From NCBI GenBank assembly GCA_051294905.1, contig CM119373.1, positions 30,628,001 through 30,692,000 on the forward strand: a stretch of 64,000 nucleotides of DNA. The letters are read 5' to 3'. Below, one piece after another: positions 25,212 through 35,918 of this stretch. A program made the translations under genes and the position numbers. Source of the stretch: Botryllus schlosseri. Taxonomy: Eukaryota. Each line of letters opens with the position of its first letter. Position 1 is the stretch's first letter. The notes under the pieces are model-generated. The model ran no database searches. It had not been told where the DNA came from and saw only the letters and a program-made list of their open reading frames with translations.

Positions 25212-27318
25212 GTATAGACTACTAACGTTACGTCACTGCTATTTCAATGCAATGTGCCCTAACTTTCCAGTTGAACGAGCAGTAGCTATAGATATAAATA
25301 GGTATTGATAACTTTCAAAACCGAAGGAAAATCCTGAAAAATGGTAAATTTTCCCACTTCGTGGTCGTTCGGCTAAAAAAGAAAAAGAGGCTCAACTCCC
25401 GAAAAACACAGTTTTTCTTTCACATTAACATGTTGTTGACTGAAAAAAAGGTCAACTTTCCGGTCCAGCTCCCGAAATAGCCGTCACAGTGTTCCTACAG
25501 TGCTGACTTGGTGTATATTAGTCGAATTTGGCCCGATATGTAACCAAAATCCTCAAAAAAGAAGACAAAATCTCAAAAAATAAGGCATTTGGGCGTCCTC
25601 CGAGGACACTTTAAAAATAATCAAAAAAGAGGACAAATCATCTTAAAAGAGGACGTATGGTAACCCTATGATAACTAGATGTGCAATACGAGACTCACGG
25701 TAAAATACGCCGAGATGTATACTGCTTAGCCTGCTAAAAGCAGCATAATTGGTAGTCCTATAGTCAGGGCCGTAACTGCCGCACCCCAAACCCTCAATTA
25801 TTTGAAAATTTATGCAACTTTTTCTAAAAAATTTCGCATTATGCGCGCTTTCAATTTGCCACATATCTCGATTATTGGGTACTCTTCCCCAAGAAAAAAT
25901 ACGCAGGATTTATAGAAATGGGCATATCAACGTTGGCCAATTGGCCATGACCGCACCACAACGCACCAAGACATATAAAGTTTTAGGCCATGTAACATGT
26001 GACTCCAAGAAGTGTGTCAGAACGATCGGCAGCGAGAAAGCCTTGGCCGTAAAGGACTGCTTTTATGTTGACCAAAAACTTCGGAATACCAAAAACTTCG
26101 TTATATTTAGAAAATACATATAGGTTTAATTGTCCATATAGGTGCCTAAATGACTGGCGCCGAATGTTCTTGTCTTGGCAATCTGAACCTCTCAAGGCAA
26201 ATACCATCCCGCAGGAAAGAAAAGTATATGCCAGTTAAGAAATACCAATCTGAAATCGTGTGATCTTTCAGTTTAGTATAGGTTTGGGCAATTTTACATT
26301 TTTTGATATAGCAGACCGGAGGTCACAAAATAACATCATGTAAAGAAGTCATACCTAGGGGTCCGCCCGCTCGAAGATGTTTAATTTTACGGGGTCCGCA
26401 GTTTCAAAGACACCTCTCACTCAGCTCTACCGGTAAATCTGATTACGTGGGCAAAGAGGACAACCATGCAATTCCCGATGTTATCATGAATTATCGAACT
26501 ATTCGCGCGTCGTGCTGTCTCACTAAACAGTACAACGTTAATTTCGTGGCAAAAGCGAACAGCGTGATGCGGGGTCAGTTTATCACCCTATGAGATCCCG
26601 GGTCCTGACGAAGTGCTGTTACGTTCCTGCCAAAGGGTATACCCCCGGAGATATTTAATTACTATTGAGGGGGCCTATATCTTTTCCAACACACCTCACT
26701 CAGCTCTACCGGTAAATCAGATTAGGTGAACAGAGACAGGATGAAAATTGATAGCAATCCATGCAATTCCCGATCATATTGACCGATTCAGTCATGAAAC
26801 TAAAGAAATTTCTCGCGCTTCGCGCGTTTAGAAGAGAAAAGCTGATTCACTCAATGGACACCCAATGCAGCAGATAAGTAGCGGTAAACAGTGTACAGTT
26901 TCGAAATCTCGCCAGGGCAATAAAACTACACCGAAATAGCCATGATGACTGTTTGGGTCCGTTTCATAGCCGTAGTATTCGCGCGGCCGCGACCGTACTC
27001 TGAAATTCTAAATTTAGCCCTCACACCGAATAAGTTTGGGAACCACTGGTCAATATGATTGACATATAGATGGGCAGCACCTGATCGTTTCGGCATCCCG
27101 CTTCCATCGGTTAATGACAACGTATTGTCTTTTATGCATCGCAATATGCCTCAAGTGCATGAAAACCATTGAACCGCTGGTCATTTTCATTGATAACAAT
27201 GTCTAGCCTCAGTGTTGTTAAATGTTGTATGCTAACAAAGAATATCGCTCAATGAATAATCACGTCTTGGTTCAGCGTCATGTTACGACCCTATTCGAAG
27301 TTAACTTATTTTGATCGT

Positions 27319-27598
27319 GGCGAGAACGCGTATAGTGTCACGTTCCAGAGCTGTGAGTTCGAGACCGAACGAGGTAGACTTCAGAATTGGTATTTAAATG
27401 TTGGAAGCTTATCTAGGCTCATCCTCACCATAAGATCCGTGTAATCGGTGTTTAGTAAAAAGGCTAGTAAGCCTTGCGACAAATTAGGAATTAAAAGAAG
27501 AGATATTGACCTGGATGTTGTTTGTTTATTTCATACCTGGTGTAAATGATCGTTGTTCATAGTAGTCGAAACACCATGAACACAAGGAACAAAACAAC
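27319..27598 (+). mobile_element. SINE, diverged full-length copy
   Basis: GGCGAGA..GTTCGAGACCGAACGAGGTAGACTTCAGAATT..CTAGGCTC..CCTGGTGTAAATGA..CACCATGAAC..(CAA) tail; aligns with the 37698 copy. Confidence 0.75.
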
Positions 27599-28059
27599 TT
27601 TGTTTGCTGCTATTCTCGCGCTACCGTAGACTACATTATTTTTATCTTGTCTCACTGCGACCCAGATGAAAAACTTGGCGAATGAAAATCTTCGGTTCCT
27701 TAGGTTAAAAATATGAATTTCCTTTATGCATTTTATAGTTCCATTGAAATTAACTTTCCAAACGCAGGCGTTGCATGCTCGCAGGCAATGTTATAGGTAA
27801 GTATAGCCTATATTAATCGTGTGCGCCTCACACTTTGCCCTGGACACGCGATGACGCAGCGGATTCACTGACATCCAAAACTTGCAGCAAAGGAATCACA
27901 TAACCGTAACCGAATACAACGCAGATAATCGCTCCAGTGCCTTTCGTGATCCGCGTCTGTTTATTTACTGATTGTTAGTTTGTTCATAGGTTCCCGTTTT
28001 CATATCAGACCAGATGATAAGATCTTATTACCTTGTGAAGAAGCCCGTGCTAAATCGCA

Positions 28060-28737
28060 ATGCCTAATCCAGCACGAAGGGGCCAAGGTCAATATTCCTT
28101 GTTTAGTCCTAAAATGAGAAAAGTCCTGTTCGGTTTGGGAATCTCACAGGTTGCGACGGGAGTAGCAGTGATAGTATACGCGGTGACGGTAGCAGTCGTG
28201 TTAAATAATCACGACTGCGAATATGTATACTACGTAGCATTTGAAGGAATATCGGGACCGTTCGCAATCGTCGCTGGGTCACTTGCAATATCGCTGAAGA
28301 CAAAAGTGCCAAGGAATAGGGTCATCGTTAATTCCGTGACGGTCATATTGACTATATGTGCTGCATGCGCCGGTATATCTTTGTCGGTGTATATGGCATT
28401 GCAGCATTGTAGGGCGCACTTCAGCAGTACAGGAATTCACGCAGGGATCGGAGCGATTAATTTACTGCTGGTCGCAGGATCCGTAGCACACGCTGCAGTA
28501 GTATGCCGTAAGTTGAGAAAAATAAAATATCAGAGCAAGCGTCCCGTTGCGTCAGTGTCGTACACTATCACGAACTACAGCACGCCGCAGAACCTGGACG
28601 AGGCGCCTACGCGACAACCGTCGGCCAAAGTGTCACAGCCAAGGGTGCCGCTTACCACCGGTGTGTACAATCACCTGCACCAAGTGGGCGCCATACCGGA
28701 AGATCAGGACACATACAACAAACTCAGCCGTGAATGA
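28060..28737 (+). CDS. CD20/MS4A-like four-TM protein (225 aa) with a C-terminal YxxL-x12-YxxL pair; intronless CDS
   Basis: Four TM segments (LFGLGISQVATG; EGISGPFAIVAGSLAI; ..; AHAAVVC); candidate acceptor catatcAG 51 nt upstream of the ATG. Confidence 0.85.
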   Translation: MPNPARRGQGQYSLFSPKMRKVLFGLGISQVATGVAVIVYAVTVAVVLNNHDCEYVYYVAFEGISGPFAIVAGSLAISLKTKVPRNRVIVNSVTVILTICAACAGISLSVYMALQHCRAHFSSTGIHAGIGAINLLLVAGSVAHAAVVCRKLRKIKYQSKRPVASVSYTITNYSTPQNLDEAPTRQPSAKVSQPRVPLTTGVYNHLHQVGAIPEDQDTYNKLSRE

Positions 28738-29713
28738 CGCATAGTTTACGACTGCAGCAGTAAAATATAACAGAGCAAAATACTTCCATACAGGCCAAGC
28801 GACAATGAAACTGAAAGTCTTTCGAGAAGTCTAAACAACACGGAAAATAAGGATTGAGCGAAACTCGTCAAGGGTATTTGTTATTTACGGTCGAGTGACA
28901 TCGGGGTACGATACAAAACCGGGATTTCGAGCTACCCGACTTGGCTATATTCAACAATGGATCATATCATGCACAAAATCTTATACCACTCCTTTTACAA
29001 CGCGAATAATAGCATACCCTCGAACAATGAATGCACTTATAAAGTGTCACCTCAAATAGATGCATTGTACAGCGGTCGAGCGATCGGTTACTTTGTTTAC
29101 GTATGACAGGGAATTTTATTGGATGTTTCAAACATATTTACGCTTATATGCTACAGTATTCATATTCCATAATCGTATAGCCTGTATTACCTTTCAAGCA
29201 CTTCATTCAGTTTATACTCGTGTAGTTCAATGGTACTTTTCTACTGGTGCATTTTCAAGTTTCAGCAAAACAGTCCATGTCCAATGTCCATTGCCATCAC
29301 CCTGATTGATATACTTTTCGATATCGTTTTACCACCTTATAGACGTTTTTAAGAGTGAATCAACCGTTTGCACTTTTGAAATGATACAATTGATCTGCGA
29401 ATTAAATTATAAGCATGTTACTGCGAAATGATATCGATTATACCGTCGAAGTATGCTCCAGCCATAACGAGCCTGACTCAAAGCGGCGAACCGGTTGCAA
29501 TTCAAACCAACAGTCGCGTAATTGTAAGACAAAATCGTGAGTTTTAGACGGGAGAAACGATGTCGAGGCAATTCAGCTCGGTAGCAAAATGCATTGTGTA
29601 TCCTCTTGGTAGGCAGTGATTGTTACACCCTTCAAATAGAAATCATGATACGTTACACAGGTGAAATGCATTCAAGCATTACGTCACCGGTTCTGCAAGA
29701 TATAACCACTGCA

Positions 29714-30063
29714 GATGAGCGAATTTATTCCAAATCCAGTTAAAAATTTGAGTTGCAAATCCAAGTGCAAATCCAAATCCAGGAATGAGCTCATATCTTG
29801 TCCATATCCACTCTTATTACAAATCTACTTTTGGCTCAAACCTATTAAAACGAATCAAAATTGATAATTTATGTATGACATATTATGTCCAAACGACAAC
29901 CCAATGTGGGAAATGGTGTCTTGTAATTTTTGTACATCATCCAAATGCCACATCACTCACGCAGAGGTTATATGGGCAAATGCGAATGGCGAATCAATTC
30001 TGGAATTTTTCGATGTTCAAATTCGGATTCGGATTATGATTTTGAATAATAAATTCGCTCATC
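29714..30063. mobile_element. TIR element (MITE)
   Basis: Perfect 16-bp inverted repeat GATGAGCGAATTTATT / AATAAATTCGCTCATC; TSD not resolved. Confidence 0.6.
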
Positions 30064-30599
30064 GCGGACCAATACACGTTCCTGCGGCATTCGTGGAAAT
30101 ACCTCGTCGCTGTGGCAATTACTATAATTACTACACTATACTTGACAGTAATGGCATTACGGCATTCAATACAGTACATAATAGTTGTATTGAGTATATT
30201 CCGCAAGTTCAGCGAATTTGCTAAAGCAGTGAACCATTACAATACTGTTGCATGGTAGCGTGATTGAGATTACGAACGCGTACTGAATAAATGTATTACA
30301 TGTCCCATATCCTACCTAAAATTATCTCCTTCAAGTTTCAATATCCATGATTTGATACAGACCGAATACGTGGAGCAATTGAAAATTTTGTTATGCCTTC
30401 CATTCAACTCTGGATTCATTAAATGCACAAAACCTACTAAACCCCAACGAAACGGCTAATCGGATTTCGGATTCCTGCCAAGCACGTCTCAAACGCCATT
30501 GCATCGACCAAAACATGATTCTAAATTTTCAGTTTAGTCAAGTTACTATTTTGTTGCAAATTTGTGGCCTCCAAGTCTACTCGCAGTGCATGCATTTAA

Positions 30600-31415
30600 T
30601 CAGAGCATTCGACTTATCGAAGAATAGAATCGAAGACCTATACAATCCAGATACATATCTTCATAAAGGGACGATTTCGTATCATTGGAGAGAAATAGAA
30701 GAGATTATTTCAATACGTATCATCGTGGAGATTCAACGTCGGATCTGAAAAATTATGGAGTCAGCAACACGTTTTTCCTATCCCATATCCCCACTTTCAC
30801 GCTATATCCCTACATGCAGAACATCTAGTGTAGTCATCCATGGATAACAGCTCCACAAGAAATTCCATGGTCCAGCCCCAAAACCTACCGATCGATAAAC
30901 CGGAAGCTGTAACACTACTCTGACCCGTCTTGGAACATCTCATACAGCTTCTCAAAACACTACAGATACTATGAATTGGAATGACAAAGATAATTAAGTC
31001 CCAGTTGGAATTTTATTGAGCCAGATCTGAACCCCATCAAAAACTGTGGACTGGAATAGTAGAAGCTCAATTGTCATGAATAGATGCAAACCCGGTGGGA
31101 TTCAGTAATTCTTGCGAACAGGATGACACCGTTATCTCAACCTGTCCGCTTATATCAGCACAGCCAGCTCTCAAAGATTACCGGACCACAATCTGACATA
31201 TCGACCTCGCCTACCGACACATACAGCATTTCCTTTATGTTATCCTTTCTTAAATCCAGTGTGCATGCCTCTTATTTACATGCTGTAGGCCACGGAGGGT
31301 GTCTGATTAGAAGACTACTCCAAGTCGGCACCGTCCCCTCCTATTTTTTCATTGTATCGCAATCTTGTGCTGGATTGATTTGATAAAAACTACAATAAAA
31401 CTATGATGATGATAG
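30600..31415 (+). mobile_element. Degenerate CR1/L2-like LINE 3' end
   Basis: Remnant ORF2 C-terminus (SYHW..EIQRRI*KI..SY; LHKKFHG; ANRMTPL), then a 3' UTR shared with 56905-57290(-) and 53545-53690, ending in a (TGA)n tail. Confidence 0.6.
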
Positions 31416-32021
31416 GTTCTACTTGTTTATCCGGATAGCGAAGAACTTATCCCATACACTACCGCAGCATGAACTTGTTCTCGGTTATTGTAATGCTTTA
31501 GTAACAGGTCAAGGGTTTTTCTATTTCAGACAAATATACAGGGCATTTTACTGAATGTTCATTAACCGTCAATTGGCCGGTTGTATGACGCGGATTCCTC
31601 TGTACATGACGTGTTTTGAGGCATCGAGCAATAACGTTCCCTGTTGTTGTTGGACTATAGATCTACTTTTAATTGAGGATCTCAAGTCTGAAACTATAAG
31701 TGCTCCATAAACAGTAATATTCCATAGCATTGGTCCCCAACCAGAAAAGTAAGCATGCATCCCTTGAGGTCAATGACAAATTTACATGGAGGCGGTGCCG
31801 AGTGTATTGGAATCTGACAGAATTAAATGCCGATAGATTCAGTTAATTTCACGTGGACGTAAGACAAGGACTTGTATAGGTCCAACATCATATGCTTTAT
31901 CAAGAAAACCCGATGTCATAAAATACTATAAAAACCGATGCGACTTTCTTGGTACTAAAATGGTGTTGACGAATGCAATTGCAACAAAAGTTGCAATGAA
32001 CAAATGACATATGGCCCTTAC

Positions 32022-32420
32022 TAGGGTTGCATTTAAAACAAACGGTGTTTTAAAACACTTTGTTTTAAACAGTGTTATAAACATGGCCTTTTTGATTTTT
32101 TTAAGTTGTAAAATTATGCCATAATTGTGTAAATACTTTCCAAAAAACATGTTGTATGAGCCTATACGGACGATTACCACCAGATAAAGTCGACTTACAC
32201 GATATGGCATGATTGGAACCCTCGAAATAGTCGGTTAACAGCTATAGTACGCAGATATTTCGCCAAGGGAGTTATATTTACCCTGTATTTTCATTTGACA
32301 ATGTCAATCTAATATGACGTCACAACTGAATATTCGTGACGTCATGAATTAAAAAACAATATAAAACATGTTTTAAACAAGGGCCATGTTTTAAACATAT
32401 TTGTTTTAAATGCAACCCTA
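32022..32420. mobile_element. hAT-type MITE (family T)
   Basis: 19-bp TIR TAGGGTTGCATTTAAAACA; TSD GCCCTTAC / GCCCTGAC. Confidence 0.88.
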
Positions 32421-33674
32421 GCCCTGACCATCTGAGTTTGTAATTATGAAACTATCAATTGCAAAGCATTTGCAGCAACGCATGTAATTTATCAAGTCAT
32501 ACCATCATTGCGTCCTGGTTTCAATTGTGTTTCTATGACTATTAGACTGTTGTATATGCGGCGCGAAAGCAGTCACACTTACGAATTCCATTTACAGTTG
32601 AGCGAAGGGTGAGGTCGGTGCAGTGTCTGCGGTATTCCAACGTTTCTCCCACAACGTTACTCGTACTCCCGACTTTATATTCGTGCGTATTTTGGGATCG
32701 AAGATCCGCATCGAATTTTGGCGAACCGTTTTGAATGTTCTCTCGCATCATACGTGGATACTTCAAGATCCGGAAACGAAAAGCTCTTACATCGACTGCA
32801 TATTGCTTGTTGTCATTGCGCCTAAGCCTGGGAAATTCTGTTTCAACAATTGCAATATCGAGTCATTCACGTACAGTACGATTGGCGCGCTATGTAATGT
32901 CAATGTTCGAGCGAGTGCTTTAAATGCGGAATTGACATGAATATCTAATTCATTACACGCAGCAATGTGGCGGCAGTTAGGGCGTGACCTATTATACGAG
33001 TTCCTCAGATGAAATGGACTAGTACAAGCAGGTGTCAGTGATAATGATTACTATTTCGGTACGAATAGAAAATGCTATCGTATAGGTCGAAATTCTAATT
33101 TAATGTCGTAAATGCTTTGAGTATCATCTATATCAGCAAATAACAGCATTAGATGTATTTGTTACATTGCAAATAGTATTGGGAACAAGTTCTGAACATC
33201 TAGGATCGCCCCAGTAAACGTAGATGGTTTTCTCGTTTTCATAGTGACTATATGCATCAGAAATGGAAGGACGCATGCGGCATTCAGTATTACATGAGCG
33301 CGTTAAGTAACTGTTGCTGTTCGTTGTTCCTGGTATTTCGTGCAACGAATTGATTGCATGACATAAAGTCACCCGTATGATTGTTTAATTGATTGTTGTG
33401 TCATACCCATCGCACTGTTCCCGCTGGTGATAACTATTTATTGATAGGTTTGTTTGTTTGTGGTATTCATCGTGTTTTTCAATGACAATGGTCATTTACA
33501 CCAGGGAGCTTTTCTTCATTTTTATTTCGTAGTGCCGACTTGTTGCACGGCCCACTTGTACACTTTTTATAAGACACCGCCGACGCGGATGAGGGGTCGA
33601 GGAGGAGCCTAGATCAACCTCCAAAACTTACGTAGGAATTCTGGAGTCGACCTCGGTTGGACTCAAACCCACAA

Positions 33675-35667
33675 TAGAGGTTGACCGATATTGATTTTTG
33701 CAGGCCGATCCCGATACCGATTATCGACACAATCACAAGGTCGATAACCAATATCATAGGCTGATATTATTATGGAAGCAGCAGAGAACTATTTCGCCAA
33801 AATTAATATATATTAGGCAAGATGGCACTTGTGCATGCCACAGAAAGCTAAACGAGAAAACTGAAATCGGAAAGAATTATTGCCTAATTGTGCACATTCA
33901 TTGAAATTTGGGATAACCCAGTAAGCAAAACGTGATACAGAATTGCAGATCAGTCCAGTAGAGGTAGATGATGGTACTGCAGGAAGCATGCTTTCTCTGC
34001 ATGCTCACCCAGTTAAGCTCGTCCTGCAAGGGTAAATCTGTCATGGATCCCCCTTTGCGTCGTCGATTTCTTGAGATTGAGAACACGGAGCGTTGAATTT
34101 TCGATATTTTCATTTTTTTTATATATAAAATATCGGCCGCGATATCGACCTTCATTGGCCGATATCGATAGCACTGGTCAACAAAATGAAATTTTTTTTT
34201 TAGGCAGAACAGCTGAGAGCCGTTTCTGGGGTTTTTGATGTTGCTGATTCCGAATATCACATTAGTTTTGTCAGATTGGCTCTCTGTCAGAATATATTTA
34301 TACCCCTAAAAAAGCCCAAAAGTACTGTATTTACCCTTAAATATTTCACTTGGTAGGAAGAAAATCGTAGTTTTTTTCTAATTTTATACTGCGCATAAAT
34401 GGCTATTTGACTATGATGAACCCTCATGTCATTCTCAGTCCTTCTATCAATATTAACATGACATGATGCGAAATATTTGTTTGTCAAAAAAGCAGTTTTT
34501 CAAGCCTAAAAATTGTACTTTTGAAAAACGGAAATTCATCTTCTCGTGTATCAATTGGTCATTCTACCAAGATTAAAGAGGAGTATAAACTTTAAAATTT
34601 GTCCTTGAAAGGCTTAACTACAATACTCATATGTGTCTCATTTCTTTTGACTGGTAAATGGATAATTTTCCACTGAGTCAACCAAGTGGGTATACCTAGT
34701 AACCCTACCAAACGAGAAGCGTATATCTGGTATCTGGTATATTCGAATACCGATGAAAGATTCCAATTTCACATTAGGAGGAGTTCACAGCATGTAATTT
34801 CTCCTAAGATGTAGTAAATAAAACTTTTTAGCTGATCACAAAGCATCCAACTACAAACAGTTGGTCCGAAAATTCGTATCTGCATATCGAAAACTTGGAA
34901 TAAACATGAGCATAAAAGTTCACTTCCTGTTCAGTCATCTTGATATATTTCCCGAGCATCTTGTGTATTAGCAAGGGGAGAGGTTCTACCAAGACATCAG
35001 AACAACAATAAAAAGATACCAGGGCAGATGAGATGAACCATTGAACATATTATGTCAGACCATTGCCGGAACCTTTCGAGAAACTTCACTAAATAGCTTG
35101 CAGGCGAAAATCGTACAAAAAATCAATTTCGATTTAAAATACATCAATAATATTGTATTCCAACTGATTATTTCAAATTTACAATAGGTGGTTGACCTAA
35201 AGCTGATTGAATTAATGCCACGTTATTTAAGTATCTAGGTAAATATTTATAGGCCTATACATCACTGGAGTTTATTTATGTACATGATATCCGTGAAAGT
35301 ATGTAACTATGATAAATCTAATACCCCTAAATATAGTGCTGTTGCTGTATTTTGATTTAATATAGTCTTCTGTGTGTAAAAATAACAAGTAGATTGAATT
35401 TCCAAACTTTATAGTACGTCCAAACCGATTTTATAACTAGTTAATACCGCGAAAATCTGAGATTTTGGTCAAAATAGCTCCATGGGTCATCTCCACAACA
35501 AGAGCCAATTTGTAAAAACTAAGGTCATATTCGGGATCAGTGCCCTTCAGAACCCCCAAAATCACTCTTAATTTGTCTGCCTAAAAATATGTGTTGACCA
35601 GTGTAATCGGTAAACTTTTAAATATCGGACTCGATAATCGGCCGGTTCAATAATCGGTCGACCCCTA
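33675..35667. mobile_element. hAT-type element inserted next to the SINE B-box
   Basis: TIR TAGAGGTTGACCGAT / ATCGGTCGACCCCTA (13/15); perfect TSD ACCCACAA; CCGAT subterminal repeats. Confidence 0.88.
34172..35603 (+). mobile_element. Chapaev3-like (CMC superfamily) deletion derivative nested in the hAT element
   Basis: CACTGGTCAACA..TTTTTAGGCAGA TIRs with TAG/TAA flanks. Transposase remnants IGHSTKIKEEY, QPSGYT**PY and SNYKQLV..MSIKVHFLFSHLDIFPEH..QGERFYQDI..RYQGR* match motifs I recall for Chapaev3. Confidence 0.8.
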
Positions 35668-35918
35668 ACCCACAACCCATTCGTGTTGCAGCTGTGGATT
35701 ATACCACTACGCTATCTCGCCTCTGATTCATTGTTACATGTTTACGCAAGTATAATGCGTGGGCCACCTGGCGTAAGTTGGGACATCACATTGGAATAAC
35801 TTGTTGGGTAGCAAGTTGATAGGAATTCGGTTTGGGGACTTTGATTAATTGCGTGTCGCATTTCTGCACAGCATCTAGTTTACTTTGATAGTTTGTAAAG
35901 AGCGAGCGTGGTCAGAAC

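Larger units (their letters stand above)
33449..35721 (-). mobile_element. SINE copy split by a 2-kb insertion (halves 33449-33674 and 35668-35721)
   Basis: Removing 33675-35667 and one TSD copy restores GGCGAGATAGCGTAGTGGTATAAT..GGGTTTGAGTCCAACCGAGGTCG. Confidence 0.88.

Noticed and set aside
31005-31060. Tc1/mariner transposase motif (WNFIEPDLNPIKN)
   Set aside because: An isolated motif inside a region better explained as a LINE ORF2 and 3' UTR remnant; no TIRs and no other DDE motifs.
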